Positions 37,445 to 48,391 are shown, counted from the first letter of the stretch. The stretch is DNA of 64,000 nt from Blastocatellia bacterium (GCA_963765495.1 CAVXWP010000008.1:256001-320000), one strand, 5' to 3'. Made by a program: numbers and translations. Notes: a model not told the origin generated them from the sequence alone.

Positions 37445-38632
37445 TTACCAGGGAGCTACCGTGGCTCCGAATGAAGCGCGGACTCGCTTGCCGGTAGTGT
37501 CTTCGCCCGAAGCGATGCAGACGACTCTGCCACGCCAGTCGCTTTCTCTTGCTCCCGGCATTTCGAGACTGACCGTGAATGTAAGCATCCCTCCCGCTCC
37601 AAGAAAATAGGGGAAGCCTAAAGCCTGATTGTGGCGCTCGCCGCTTGCCGAAAGGGCCGAGATCGTCAGCCGGTCCCATCGCAATGCGCGGCCTGCTCGT
37701 TCACGCAGATTGAACGTCAGGTCGTATCTGTAACCTGAGGAGGATTGTCTGGGTCTTACCCTGATCAGATCAGCCCACACTCGACCATCGGTAGCCTCGG
37801 AAGGCACAGGGGCAGAGACATCTATCACCCTTCTCGGCTGGGTCTGGGGAGAGTGCGTTTTATCCTCCGCCCCGACATTGCCCGGCATCTGTGCCGACCT
37901 CTGCTCTTTACCGGCGAGCTTTGAAACCGAGGATTCGACCTGTGATGGCCTGGTTTCGGCAGGCTCCTGCGTCTGTGCTATCTGACCCTGCTGGTTTGAG
38001 TCTTTTGAATCTGCGGTGGCTGTCTCTTCCTCTACGAAATCCCTGGCCTCCTCAGGAGTCGTTATGAGAGGCGACACGGTCTCCGGCTCCTCAATTTTGC
38101 CGGTCACTCCAGCCGGTTGAGGTGTGGGATTGCGTCTTACACCCACAAACAGCGTGTAGACCGCAATCAACCCGAAGACAATTAACCCGATCAAGATCAA
38201 AAATGCGGCTATGCGAAGGCTGTCAGGTCTCGTTTCTTCAATCGATTCTTCGGGGAACGGTGGCTCAAGCGTTTCATCCACAACCTCATAACCCCGAACA
38301 TTGCTCTCTGCTGGCGGGGAAAACTCCTCATCAACCGGAGTCTCTTGAATGAATTCCTCAGGGGGTTCGAGAAGTTCCTTTTCCTCTGTCAAAACCTCCG
38401 GGACGGGTTCTGAAATTTGCTCTTTGGCGGGGGAGGGAATCGAGCCCGCTCTGTTCCGCAATTTAGAGATTGGCTTTCGATCTGTAAGCCGGATTCCATC
38501 AGCGGGACAAAGCTCGAATGTCAGGGGGTACTCGCCCGCGCAGGCGGGACAATAGAGCAGGGGGCTATGGCTCGCCTTAACCCCCGATTCCACATTTTTC
38601 AGCACAAAAGCCTCTACTAAATCATTCGCCAT
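37445..38632 (-). CDS. Hypothetical membrane protein with an N-terminal zinc ribbon
   Basis: CPAC...CP.DG; central TM helix; low-complexity linker. Confidence 0.7.
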   Translation of the reverse strand: MANDLVEAFVLKNVESGVKASHSPLLYCPACAGEYPLTFELCPADGIRLTDRKPISKLRNRAGSIPSPAKEQISEPVPEVLTEEKELLEPPEEFIQETPVDEEFSPPAESNVRGYEVVDETLEPPFPEESIEETRPDSLRIAAFLILIGLIVFGLIAVYTLFVGVRRNPTPQPAGVTGKIEEPETVSPLITTPEEARDFVEEETATADSKDSNQQGQIAQTQEPAETRPSQVESSVSKLAGKEQRSAQMPGNVGAEDKTHSPQTQPRRVIDVSAPVPSEATDGRVWADLIRVRPRQSSSGYRYDLTFNLRERAGRALRWDRLTISALSASGERHNQALGFPYFLGAGGMLTFTVSLEMPGARESDWRGRVVCIASGEDTTGKRVRASFGATVAPW

Positions 38633-38887
38633 AAAGCCCTCAGAGCGACAATCTGTTTCCTGTTGACCGTGATTTATCCATCAAAAACGGTACTTCAAAC
38701 AAAGGGAACTTACTTGTTCGAGATGCGTTTGCGCTCGACAGGGGTTGCCCGGACAGGAACCGTACAAAAGGCACTGGACAGACGGCCCCGGCCTGACCTT
38801 GGGATGAATCCGAACGGGTTCCCGAGAAAAAGGTTAGTAATACTAAATATTGCGATTATGGCGAGAACTCAGTTATTCTTTAGGGTG

Positions 38888-39475
38888 ATGCGAACACACT
38901 TAAATGTATCGAGGCGGCCCTTTATCAATCACAGGTTGTTCTGGATCGCGATGCTGTCTATTTTCTTTATAAGCCTCTGGCTTGGTCTATGGATAGCAGC
39001 CGAAAAATCGCGGGTCAGCGCACAGATTGTCGAGGTGAAGAATAAAATCAAATCCACATCCGAGATGGCTGAAGCTGCCAGACAGGAGGAGGCTCGCCGT
39101 CAGCAGGAGAATCAAAAGATTGTCCTGACCGAGCAGCAAGTCTACGAGCTTGCTGCGGCCCGGCAATTGATCGAAGATAAATCACTATCTTGGAACAGGG
39201 TGCTCGGCGACATTGAGAGATATGTCCCCAAGAACGCGCACATAACCGACATCGCGATGGGCGAAGTCTATGACGCGGGCTCAGGGGCCACCGCGAGGGT
39301 AGAGATCAAGGCGGCTGGTCAGTCCGTTGCAGAGATGACTGAGATGATGGATAAGCTTGAGAAATCAAACGGCCTGTTTATCATAGATCAAGCCACGCAG
39401 TCACAGGCCGAAGGCGGCGAGGTTCCTTTCACTCTTCAGCTCACCTATGTACCTTCGAGAGGAGGCGCACAATGA
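38888..39475 (+). CDS. PilN/GspL-like pilus or T2SS alignment protein
   Basis: LNVSRRPF, TM helix, coiled coil, W..VL..IE..VP. Start moved to ATG 38888. Confidence 0.7.
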   Translation: MRTHLNVSRRPFINHRLFWIAMLSIFFISLWLGLWIAAEKSRVSAQIVEVKNKIKSTSEMAEAARQEEARRQQENQKIVLTEQQVYELAAARQLIEDKSLSWNRVLGDIERYVPKNAHITDIAMGEVYDAGSGATARVEIKAAGQSVAEMTEMMDKLEKSNGLFIIDQATQSQAEGGEVPFTLQLTYVPSRGGAQ

Positions 39476-40179
39476 GCAGTCAGGTTCGTGATCGTGTTTC
39501 GCGCCTTGAGGTTAGAGCGCCCGGGATCAAACCGAGACCTTTTGGTCTCACAAACGGTGAGATCATAGTCGCCGTGGCCGTGCTTTTATTCTTTGTCCTT
39601 GTAGTCACTTACTATTTCGCTTCGCTGAAACCTGACCTTGAGCAGTTGCGCGTCCTTCAGGCCCAGGCATCCGAGCAACAGATTCAGATTCTAAAGAGCC
39701 AGACCCAGACAGGGGGCGAAGGTCAGAGCGCGCCGGATACGACAAGAGACGCATTGCAGACTCTCGAAGAGTTTGAGACCAGACATTTAAAACCGCTTGC
39801 TCAAGGCAGGATCGCGATCATTGATGAGATCAATTCGCTTTCCAAAAAGAGTAATGTCAATTTGATTTCCGGCGTTGATATGAAGCTTGATCGTCCGGGT
39901 CAGCAGGAGAAGAAAAAAGAGTCGAGCCGCAAACAGATCGAGCAGATGTTGGATGTGTATCCAAAGCTTTCTGTGAGATTCACGGTTGCAGGTGAGTATC
40001 AAAACCTCAGAGAGTTTATAAACGCGCTCGATCACAGCGGGCAATTCATGGTCATACATTCGGTCTCGCTCACGAGCATTCAAGAAAGAGCTTCCTCAAG
40101 CGGCGGGGGGCGGCGAGTTTCATCTCAAGCTTCGGGGCTGTCGCTTTCGATAGATCTTTTAGCATATTTTCAGCCCTGA
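39472..40179 (+). CDS. PilO/GspM-like protein
   Basis: TM helix, coiled coil, V.GEY.NLR.FI..L motif; 4-bp overlap with the previous gene. Confidence 0.75.
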   Translation: MSSQVRDRVSRLEVRAPGIKPRPFGLTNGEIIVAVAVLLFFVLVVTYYFASLKPDLEQLRVLQAQASEQQIQILKSQTQTGGEGQSAPDTTRDALQTLEEFETRHLKPLAQGRIAIIDEINSLSKKSNVNLISGVDMKLDRPGQQEKKKESSRKQIEQMLDVYPKLSVRFTVAGEYQNLREFINALDHSGQFMVIHSVSLTSIQERASSSGGGRRVSSQASGLSLSIDLLAYFQP

Positions 40180-40213
40180 TAAGCAATTTTCCGTTTGAGT
40201 TATTCAAGAGAGT

Positions 40214-41074
40214 ATGGGGATGTCAAAAAGTAGCGCTTCGGCCGACAAAAAGAAAAAGATTGCTGTTGTTGTCCTGTTTTCGCTGATGGGCATAGTATTC
40301 ATTTATGAGATGTTTTTTACCAAGCCCACTCCCAGAAGCAACAAGGCTGCGCAAAATGCGAGTCCCACGCCTCAAGCGCAGCCAAATGTTCCGACTGCAA
40401 AACAACCGCTTGCGTCGGGACGCGCTCCTGTTGATGAAGAGGCATTGTTTCAGCAACGGCTCGCCGATACGTCTCCACTAAACCTGGCCGTGCTTACATC
40501 TTCGACAGGGAGCGCAAAAGTAAGCGAGCGGGGAAATATCTTTGCCAACTGGGTGCCGCCTCCCGAGCCTGCGCCACCGCCACCGCCGCCGCCGCCGATT
40601 ACCTTGCAGTTGATTCAGCCACAGAGCGCCATTGCCAGTACCCCGCGCCCGCTCACGGTGGCCGTCAGAGGCGTAGGCTTTCCGCCCGATGCCCAGATCA
40701 TAATCGAAGGCCGCCCGCGTCCGACAAAACGGGTCAATGATACGATGCTGTCTACGGATTTAGCGCCGCAGGATTATTCGTCTCCTCGCAACATGACCGT
40801 AGAGGTAAAGTCTCAAAGCGAGCCTGCAAAGCTTTACTCGAACACGATCCCTTTTATCGTGCAGCCGCCGCCTGAACCGGGATTCAAGTACATCGGGAGG
40901 ATCGGCCCGCTCGGCGTCTTTGAAATAACCAGCAGTAAAGAGGTGGTAAGGGCCGGAGTAGGCGGGACAGTTCAGGGCGTCTGGCGGATTGATGCGATAA
41001 GCGATACGGCCGTAGAATTGACTCAAACACAGTATGAAATAAAGAGAAGACTCACGCTGCCGGATAAGTTCTGA
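40214..41074 (+). CDS. PilP/GspC-like membrane protein with an IPT/TIG-like domain
   Basis: TM helix, R.NIF plus poly-Pro, FKYIG, G..V.G.WRI..I. Confidence 0.55.
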   Translation: MGMSKSSASADKKKKIAVVVLFSLMGIVFIYEMFFTKPTPRSNKAAQNASPTPQAQPNVPTAKQPLASGRAPVDEEALFQQRLADTSPLNLAVLTSSTGSAKVSERGNIFANWVPPPEPAPPPPPPPPITLQLIQPQSAIASTPRPLTVAVRGVGFPPDAQIIIEGRPRPTKRVNDTMLSTDLAPQDYSSPRNMTVEVKSQSEPAKLYSNTIPFIVQPPPEPGFKYIGRIGPLGVFEITSSKEVVRAGVGGTVQGVWRIDAISDTAVELTQTQYEIKRRLTLPDKF

Positions 41075-41087
41075 TAGAGTATCTATT

Positions 41088-42095
41088 ATGAAAGTTGTGT
41101 TGCAAAAAGAATCTGCCTTCCAGAAGGACCGACATCCAGGAAACGTTTATGAAGACGAGCGCGGCTGGGCCTTGCTCGGCATGATTCTTGCGCTTTCGAT
41201 CCTCAGTATTGTTCTGGTCTCGTCGGTTGCCCCAAACGTTGCATTTCAGGTCCGACGCGACAAGGAAGCCGAAATGATCTATCGGGGCGAACAGATGGCA
41301 GAAGGTATAGCCCGCTATTACGGCAACGGCACCCTCGTACCTTTGACCATCCAGCAACCGCCACCCTACGGTTATCTGCTGGATCTGAAGAAACTCCGGG
41401 ACGGGGTTACGGTAGGCGTAGTCGATAAAAAGTTTGTGCGGGCCTCCGCGATGATTGATGCCTTGACCAGCGAAGAGTGGGAACCTGTGCGGCTCCGGGA
41501 CCCGAGGATTGCCAATGCGTTGCAAGTATATTCAACTCAGCCCGACACGGTAATTCCGCAGTCATATATGTTACTGGCCGGGCCACCCGCCCCGCTTAAA
41601 GTAATAAAACCAGCAACAGGATCAGATTCAAATCCTCCCGGTGGTCAGGTTATTCAGCCAACGCAGCCGAGTGGTTCGGTATCAGGCGGCAATCAGCAAG
41701 ACTCGGACGATAGTGACGATACGGATGATAACACCGATGGAACCGATGGGAATGTAGGGACTAACCCGGGAATCACGAATCCCGGCAGCACCGGGAACGT
41801 CTCAAATCAGGGTCAGCGAGTCTTAGGAGACGCCGAAGAGAAGGCAAGAGACCCTTTCGCTCACTTTTTTGAAGACGGAAAGTTTTCGAAAAACAATACG
41901 AATTTGCCGATAGTCGGCGTTGCCACCAAGATGAAAGGAAAGTCGATTCGTTCCTACAAGGGATTGAATAATTATGAAGAGTGGGTGTTCATCTACGTTC
42001 CAAAGGTGCTGGAACTGCAACGCTCGGCAACCTTGCCCCAGACCAACCCGATACAGCCTACTCAGACCAGACGGCAACGGCGCAATAATCCATAA
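41088..42095 (+). CDS. Pseudopilin-like type II secretion protein
   Basis: Prepilin-type ERG|WALLGMILAL, RRDKEAEMIYRG, IVGVAT, Y.EW.F.Y. Confidence 0.7.
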   Translation: MKVVLQKESAFQKDRHPGNVYEDERGWALLGMILALSILSIVLVSSVAPNVAFQVRRDKEAEMIYRGEQMAEGIARYYGNGTLVPLTIQQPPPYGYLLDLKKLRDGVTVGVVDKKFVRASAMIDALTSEEWEPVRLRDPRIANALQVYSTQPDTVIPQSYMLLAGPPAPLKVIKPATGSDSNPPGGQVIQPTQPSGSVSGGNQQDSDDSDDTDDNTDGTDGNVGTNPGITNPGSTGNVSNQGQRVLGDAEEKARDPFAHFFEDGKFSKNNTNLPIVGVATKMKGKSIRSYKGLNNYEEWVFIYVPKVLELQRSATLPQTNPIQPTQTRRQRRNNP

Positions 42096-42117
42096 TCGGG
42101 TTTATTGATTTAAGGGT

Positions 42118-43833
42118 TCATTCATTCTTCGTCTCGGTCTCTGGCCCGGGTCTGGAAGGGAAGATGTAACTGACAAGGATTCCGACCGCGAGCACGACAG
42201 CAGGCCCCGCGACGTTGTAATAGAGCCACGAGATATCTGTAGATACGCTTATGTAGATCACGGTTGCCATCCCCAGTATGACTCCAAGGAATGCCCCCGT
42301 GGCATTCGCCCTCCGAACGAAGAAGCCAAGAAGGAAAACGCCAAGAATCGGCCCGTAGAAATATGAGCCCACGGTGTTGACTGTCTCGACCAGCGAAGTC
42401 CCGCGCCTCCCCACATACGTAGCCGCGAATGTCGCAAAGACTCCCCAGAAGAGCGTAAACATCTGCCCGGCGCGCAGGTAATGGCGGTCGTTGGCTTCTG
42501 GTTTCAGATAGCGTTTATAGAAGTCGATCATCGAAGCGCTTGAAAGCGCGGCGATTTCGGCTGAGATCGAAGACATCGCCGCCGCGAATATGACGGAGAT
42601 CATCAGCCCCAAGAGTCCAACGGGAACGTAGTTCAAAAGAAAGGTCGGATAGACATAATTGACATCGCTGCTTGGAGTGCCCGTGACGTTGCGGATAAGC
42701 TCCGCGCCCTTTGTGCGAGCGGCTTTGACGAGCTTATTCGTCTCCTGATACTGACTGAGGATAGCGGCTTCGCGGGATTTATCGCCGTTGCGCCGGGCTT
42801 CGAACAATTCATAGGTCAACTGTTTGCGGCGCTCAAAGGCAGCCCCGAAATCCTGTTCGGTCTGACGGAACTGGTCGCCTGCGGGGCTGGCCTCTATTTG
42901 ACTTACCTCTGCCGGGTTGAAGTAAACGGGCGGCTTTTCAAACTGGTAAAAGATCAACAGAAAGACGCCTGTTGCGAGGATAAGGAATTGCATAGGGACT
43001 TTCAACAATCCGGTCATAATCAGCGACATCCGGCTCTCTTTTAACGACCGGGCGGTTATATAACGCTGCACCTGGCTCTGGTCCGCACCAAAATACGAAA
43101 GCATGAGAAAGAAGCCGCCAAGCAATCCCGAAAGCAATGTGTATTTGTCTTCGAGATCGACCGACAGGTTGACCGCGTTCCAGTGATTTGTAAGTCCGCC
43201 CAGATAGACCGCGTCAGAAAGACTGACATCCGAAGGTATTCTTGAAATGACCAGATAAAGCCCCGCAAAAAGGCCCAAAAACATCAACATCATTTGCAGA
43301 GTGTCGGTCCAGACCACGGCCCGCACGCCTCCGATTGTCGTATAGAGGAGCGTGGTCAGCCCCATCAAAAAGATCGTAGACCGTTCATCCCATCCGAGTA
43401 TCGCAGAGAGCACGACCGATGGCGCGTAGAGTATTATGCCTACGCTGAGTCCGCGCGAGCATTGGAAGAGAAAGCTTGTCAGCGATCTGGTCTTTGCGTC
43501 GAATCTCCTTTCAAGATATTCGTAGGCCGTGTAGACCCTCGCCTTATAAAAGAAGGGGACGAAGCTGACGCAAAGAATCACAACGACGATAGGCAGAGGC
43601 AGATAGATTTGAATAAAACGCATCCCGTCGTTAAAGGCCTGCCCGGTAGTGCCGATGTATGTGATGGCGCTTGCCTGTGTGGCCATCACAGAGAGCCCTA
43701 CGGCCCACCACGGAATCGAGCGATTCCCGAGAAAGTAGGCGTCAATGTCATTGCTCTTGCGGCTCTTGTAAAGCCCCAGCGTTATGGTGCCTCCGAGGTA
43801 GAGGACAAAGATTATCCAATCGATTATTTGCAT
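42118..43833 (-). CDS. Sodium:solute symporter (SSS family)
   Basis: YFLGNR.IPWWAVGLS, YEYLERRF, GG.RAV.WTD, DQSQVQRY, AA.MSS. Confidence 0.95.
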   Translation of the reverse strand: MQIIDWIIFVLYLGGTITLGLYKSRKSNDIDAYFLGNRSIPWWAVGLSVMATQASAITYIGTTGQAFNDGMRFIQIYLPLPIVVVILCVSFVPFFYKARVYTAYEYLERRFDAKTRSLTSFLFQCSRGLSVGIILYAPSVVLSAILGWDERSTIFLMGLTTLLYTTIGGVRAVVWTDTLQMMLMFLGLFAGLYLVISRIPSDVSLSDAVYLGGLTNHWNAVNLSVDLEDKYTLLSGLLGGFFLMLSYFGADQSQVQRYITARSLKESRMSLIMTGLLKVPMQFLILATGVFLLIFYQFEKPPVYFNPAEVSQIEASPAGDQFRQTEQDFGAAFERRKQLTYELFEARRNGDKSREAAILSQYQETNKLVKAARTKGAELIRNVTGTPSSDVNYVYPTFLLNYVPVGLLGLMISVIFAAAMSSISAEIAALSSASMIDFYKRYLKPEANDRHYLRAGQMFTLFWGVFATFAATYVGRRGTSLVETVNTVGSYFYGPILGVFLLGFFVRRANATGAFLGVILGMATVIYISVSTDISWLYYNVAGPAVVLAVGILVSYIFPSRPGPETETKNE

Positions 43834-43976
43834 CAGGAATGATTGAAAGCGAGTGTGAACAGATAAAGCAGAAGGATTTGAAGCGCGGCATAGATCAGAA
43901 CAAAGATATATAATCCCTTCCAGCCGCCCCGGAACCTGATCGGCTCGTCGATCTTGTCTTCAAACAATTCGGGCAT
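43833..43976 (-). CDS. Small single-TM protein translationally coupled to the SSS gene (47 aa)
   Basis: RBS AGGAGG, ATG at 43976 (MPELFEDK...W..LYIFVL); its TGA overlaps the SSS ATG. Confidence 0.75.
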   Translation of the reverse strand: MPELFEDKIDEPIRFRGGWKGLYIFVLIYAALQILLLYLFTLAFNHS

Positions 43977-44184
43977 TCTCACCTCCTGAAAAATAGCCTG
44001 CCTTTTGGGTGCGTTTATTCTATTGGTCAGACCTGTCACAAGTCAACGCGGGCGAGTTCGGCGCTCAAACGGCTTTGTGGAACAACAATGATTGTTATAA
44101 TCGTTATTGGTTACAGCCTTGCGCTTCACCAAAACTGAACTTTGAGGAGTTAATGATCCTCGATTCCAGACAGGGAGGCCGAAA

Positions 44185-46884
44185 GTGTCTATGAATCGCG
44201 CGATAAGAAAAATCTTCACCCTCGCATTAATCTCAATCGTATCAATAAACCTCTCGCTCGTTTCGCTTGCCGCTCAGTCAGAGACTCTGACCGCACAGCT
44301 TGCGGACGGGCTAACCAGTTATGTCGCACGCCAGGCCAATCCCGGCGAACACGGCGCGGCCGGTTTGGGGGAGGCGATAAAGAGGCTGGGAGTAGTGGCA
44401 AGCGTGCTTCACACGGGCGCGCACCCTGATGATGAGGACAGCGGATTGCTCGCCTATCTTGCGCGAGGCAGGCAGGTGCGCACCGCATACCTTTCGCTTA
44501 CGCGGGGCGATGGGGGCCAGAACCTTATAGGTCCCGAGCTTGGCGAGGCGCTGGGCGTGATTCGCACCGAAGAGCTTCTTGCGGCTCGCAGACTTGACGG
44601 TGCTACACAGTTTTTTACAAGAGCCTATGATTTTGGATTCAGCAAATCGCGGGACGAGGCGCTTTCGAAATGGGACCGCGACAAAGTGCTCGGCGACATG
44701 GTGAAGGTGATACGTTATTTCCGCCCGTTTGTCATCGTGTCATCCTGGTCAGGGACACCACGTGACGGCCACGGCCATCATCAGGCGGCGGGATTTCTGA
44801 CAAGAGAGGCCTATACGGCAGCCGCCGACCCTTCGCGTTATCCCGAACAGATAAGGGCCGGGCTGCAACCCTGGAAGGCGAAGAAGTTTTATATAAGGGT
44901 TCCGGGCCGAGCCGAGATGGGCGAAAAACAAGAGAATGACCCGGTTACGGTGTCTATAAACACCGGCCAGTTCGATCCGCTTCTTGGCCGCAGCTATTAC
45001 GAAATCGCGATGCAGGGCCGCAGTCAGCATCGCTCGCAGGATATGGGAACGATTCAGCGGCGAGGGCCGCAATATTCAAGGCTAAAACTCGTTGACGGGG
45101 GCGCGGGCACCGAGTCGAAAGAAGACGACATCTTCGCAGGCATTGACACGACAATCACGGGGATCGCCGATTACGCGGGCAAGCCGGGCGAGAGGTTGCG
45201 CCCCCTGCTATCCGAAGCTCAAAAGGCCGCCGAGAGGGCGCAGAAAGAGTATAGACCTTTCTCACCTTCGACGCTCAGCGCAACTATTGCGCAGGGGCTT
45301 GGAAAGATTCGAGAAGCGCGAGCCCTCCTTGCCTCCCTCAAGCCCGATGCGGCGGCGATGGCAGAAACCGACTTTCTGCTGATGCAGAAGGAACAGGATT
45401 TCGAAGACGCGCTGCTTAAGGCCGAAGACGTGGTAGTAGATTGCCTCGCAGATGATGAGGTCGTAACTCCGGGCCAGTCAGTTGCCTTACATGTTTCGAG
45501 CTATGCGGCTCTGAAGCCCACTGCGGTTTCGATTCACCTGTTGCCGGGAATATCGGCAAAGGAAGGCAAGCAGACTACGACAGAGGCCGAGAACCAGATC
45601 ATCTCGCAAACCGATTATGAGATCGCGGTCAACTCGGATGCAGGTTTTACCGAGCCTTACTGGCTGAAGAACAAGCGACAGGGGGATATGTTTTCAACCG
45701 ATGAAGGAATGGGAGGAATTGAGCCGTACTGGCCGGTCCCGGTCGGCGCGATTGTGACTTACGAAATCGAAGGGCAGAAGGCGGCAATCTTCCAACCGGC
45801 CCAGTATCGTTACGCTGACAAGGCGCAGGGTGAGATAAGGCACAATATAAAAATCGCGCCCGCCGTATCAGTAGCCTTATCACCGGGGATAATAATCAGC
45901 CCCATCTCTTCCAATGCAACCGAACGAGAAGTGACGGTATTTTTGACTAATAACGAAAAGGGCGGGGCAAACGGTTCTCTATCGCTCAACCTTCCACCCT
46001 CGTGGAAAGCGGCACCCGAGCAAATCGGATTCGATCTAAAACGAGAGGATGAAAGAGCAAGCTTTACATTCAAGATACAGGTTCCGGCAGGCGCTGTCGC
46101 GGGCGAATATAAAGTGCAGGCGATTGCCACGCTGGGCGGCAGGCGCTACAGCGAAGGATACGAGGTGGCCGCATATTCACACATCGAGCCGCGATTCATT
46201 TATAAAGACTCCGCAGCCACGGCGGAAGTCATAGATGTAAAGGTCGCGCCCGGCATCAAGGTAGGCTATATCGAAGGCGCGGGTGATGATTTTGCGGGGG
46301 CCCTGAAACGCCTCGGCGTAAACGTAGAATCACTTGCCGAACGTGATCTTGCTTCGGGAGATCTCTCCCGATTCGATTGCATAGTTACGGGCATTCGGGC
46401 CTATGAGGTCAGGCCCGATCTGATAGCCAACAACCAGCGATTACTCGACTATGTAAAGCAAGGCGGCACAATGATCGTGCAGTATAACAAATGGGAATAC
46501 GCGAGAGGGAATTTCGCGCCTTTTCCCCTAGAGATGGCGCAATCTCCTGACCGTGTGACCGATGAGCTTGCCGATGTCTCGATTCTCGCGCCCGACCATC
46601 CGCGCTTCAATTTCCCGAATAGGATAACCGCCAGAGATTTTGACGGCTGGGTTCAGGAGCGAGGGGCGTACTTTATGAGGAAGTGGGATTCGCATTATAA
46701 ACCGCTTATGTCGAGCCACGACGCGGGCGAAGAAGGCGAGGAAGGCGGGGAATTGATAGCCGAGTACGGAAAGGGGCTTTATGTTTACACAGCGTACGGA
46801 TGGTTTCGCCAGTTGCCCGCAGGCGTTCCGGGCGCGTACAGGTTGATTGCAAATCTGGTGAGTCTATCGAAGGCGAAGCGTTAA
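44185..46884 (+). CDS. PIG-L/LmbE-family deacetylase with NEW3-like and GATase-like domains
   Basis: AHPDDED, TRGDGGQN, DFGFSK, HGHH, S.H.SQ, FRQLPAGVPGAYR. Confidence 0.92.
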   Translation: MSMNRAIRKIFTLALISIVSINLSLVSLAAQSETLTAQLADGLTSYVARQANPGEHGAAGLGEAIKRLGVVASVLHTGAHPDDEDSGLLAYLARGRQVRTAYLSLTRGDGGQNLIGPELGEALGVIRTEELLAARRLDGATQFFTRAYDFGFSKSRDEALSKWDRDKVLGDMVKVIRYFRPFVIVSSWSGTPRDGHGHHQAAGFLTREAYTAAADPSRYPEQIRAGLQPWKAKKFYIRVPGRAEMGEKQENDPVTVSINTGQFDPLLGRSYYEIAMQGRSQHRSQDMGTIQRRGPQYSRLKLVDGGAGTESKEDDIFAGIDTTITGIADYAGKPGERLRPLLSEAQKAAERAQKEYRPFSPSTLSATIAQGLGKIREARALLASLKPDAAAMAETDFLLMQKEQDFEDALLKAEDVVVDCLADDEVVTPGQSVALHVSSYAALKPTAVSIHLLPGISAKEGKQTTTEAENQIISQTDYEIAVNSDAGFTEPYWLKNKRQGDMFSTDEGMGGIEPYWPVPVGAIVTYEIEGQKAAIFQPAQYRYADKAQGEIRHNIKIAPAVSVALSPGIIISPISSNATEREVTVFLTNNEKGGANGSLSLNLPPSWKAAPEQIGFDLKREDERASFTFKIQVPAGAVAGEYKVQAIATLGGRRYSEGYEVAAYSHIEPRFIYKDSAATAEVIDVKVAPGIKVGYIEGAGDDFAGALKRLGVNVESLAERDLASGDLSRFDCIVTGIRAYEVRPDLIANNQRLLDYVKQGGTMIVQYNKWEYARGNFAPFPLEMAQSPDRVTDELADVSILAPDHPRFNFPNRITARDFDGWVQERGAYFMRKWDSHYKPLMSSHDAGEEGEEGGELIAEYGKGLYVYTAYGWFRQLPAGVPGAYRLIANLVSLSKAKR

Positions 46885-46886
46885 TA

Positions 46887-46920
46887 TGATCCGGGTCATC
46901 AACGTTGACGACCCGGATCA
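46887..46920. terminator. Stem-loop between convergent genes
   Basis: TGATCCGGGTC / GACCCGGATCA. Confidence 0.75.
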
Positions 46921-46925
46921 CAAAA

Positions 46926-48365
46926 TCAGTGTGAGTTTGTCGCGCTCTTGATAGTAGACCTCAATTGATTCTCAGCCTCTTCGACAGCGCGGTCGTGCTG
47001 ATGCCGCAAATCCGAAAGGGTAAGCGCGACGGGGCCATCCGGTATAACCCCCGCTCCTTCCAGCTTCTTGCCGCCGGGCGAAATATATCCGAGTTCGCTT
47101 ATGGCAAGCTCGCCGCCGCCTTTTACCTTTCTGTATTTCGCTATGCCGAGAAGGCATCCACAACTCTGGCGGCCTATGATCAAGGCTCGCCCGCCTTCCT
47201 GCATCACGCCCGAAAACATCTCGGAGCCGCTGCCCGATCCTTCGTTTATCAACACAGCCACCGAACCTTTATAAATATCATCTTCGTCGTGGCCCGTGTA
47301 GAGATCCAGCAACTTACCCGCTCGAGTGTAGAATCTGCCGAATGGAGTCTTTTCAGGCAGGAAGTAGCCTGCTATCTTGAGGACTTCGTTAACCTCGCCG
47401 CCGGGATTGCCGCGCAAATCGAGTATGATGCCGGGAGTGTCCTTTAACTGCTGGATCGCGTTTTTAAATTCTTTATGAATAGGTGATTTCCAAAGCGTAA
47501 GCCTTATGTATCCGTACCCTGATTCCAGCCGCTTATAAAAGACTCGGGGCTGGTCGGAAACTGTGCGCCTCATGATTTCGACTTCAAATTCGCTCCCATC
47601 CGCTCGCGCCAATCCGACGCGAAATGTAGTGCCCGGCTCTCCGTCAATGATCTTTCTGTAGAGCCTCAGTTTTACGGCTCGCTCCGATGAAGAATCTCCG
47701 ATCTGGGTCTGTGCCTCCCTCAGACGCTCGCCTATTGGTTTCCCGTCGATGGTGCGAACGACCATTCCAATCTCTATCCCCGATGTCGAGGCATCCGAAG
47801 CCGGATCGATGCCTATGATTACATTCTGGCCCTCTACATTTCCGATGGAAATGCCCGTGCTTACGGTTTGCAGTCGCTCTCGTTCCTTTCGCTCACGAGG
47901 AGTATGGAAACGCGTATGCGCGTCGTGAAGCTCGCCGACCATCTTCTTTAGAAGCGAATAGAACTGCTCTTCATCTCCGGCCTTTTCAAGCATCGGCTGA
48001 TATCGGTCGCGGACTCCTCGCCAGTCTATGCCGTTAAAGGAAGTGTCGTAATACCTGTCATTGACCAGTTGCCAGACTTCCTCAAACAGGTCAATCCGAT
48101 CCTTTCGAGAAAGCGTCTCGGAACCTGTGCCTGTTTCAGTGTGGGCGGGCGCGAGCCGGGGCGAACTCGTCGCTCCATTTGTGGTGGAAGAGGCGAGCAA
48201 TATTACTAAAACGAAGAGCGACGCGAGCCGCCTGAACCAGTATTTTGTCGAGTTCAACACCTTTGGATTCTCCTGATTCTTATTCGCCGGACTTTTTGCG
48301 GGGGCCGTCTGCTGAAGCGGCCCCTTTCCACTATAGCAAATGGCAAACGGTGTTTTCCATTTCAA
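46926..48365 (-). CDS. S41-family carboxyl-terminal protease (CtpA-like, PDZ)
   Basis: L.DAHT, ILDLRGNPGG, SGSGSE, G.GVIPD. The true start is probably downstream of 48365. Confidence 0.9.
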   Translation of the reverse strand: MKWKTPFAICYSGKGPLQQTAPAKSPANKNQENPKVLNSTKYWFRRLASLFVLVILLASSTTNGATSSPRLAPAHTETGTGSETLSRKDRIDLFEEVWQLVNDRYYDTSFNGIDWRGVRDRYQPMLEKAGDEEQFYSLLKKMVGELHDAHTRFHTPRERKERERLQTVSTGISIGNVEGQNVIIGIDPASDASTSGIEIGMVVRTIDGKPIGERLREAQTQIGDSSSERAVKLRLYRKIIDGEPGTTFRVGLARADGSEFEVEIMRRTVSDQPRVFYKRLESGYGYIRLTLWKSPIHKEFKNAIQQLKDTPGIILDLRGNPGGEVNEVLKIAGYFLPEKTPFGRFYTRAGKLLDLYTGHDEDDIYKGSVAVLINEGSGSGSEMFSGVMQEGGRALIIGRQSCGCLLGIAKYRKVKGGGELAISELGYISPGGKKLEGAGVIPDGPVALTLSDLRHQHDRAVEEAENQLRSTIKSATNSH

Positions 48366-48391
48366 CTTGTCTTAAACCCGTGACAGATTAT

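Noticed and set aside
38720-38830. c-di-GMP or c-di-AMP riboswitch in the pilN-like leader
   Set aside because: Only fragmentary resemblance (CCGGCCTGA, TTGGGATGAATC); core motifs are missing.
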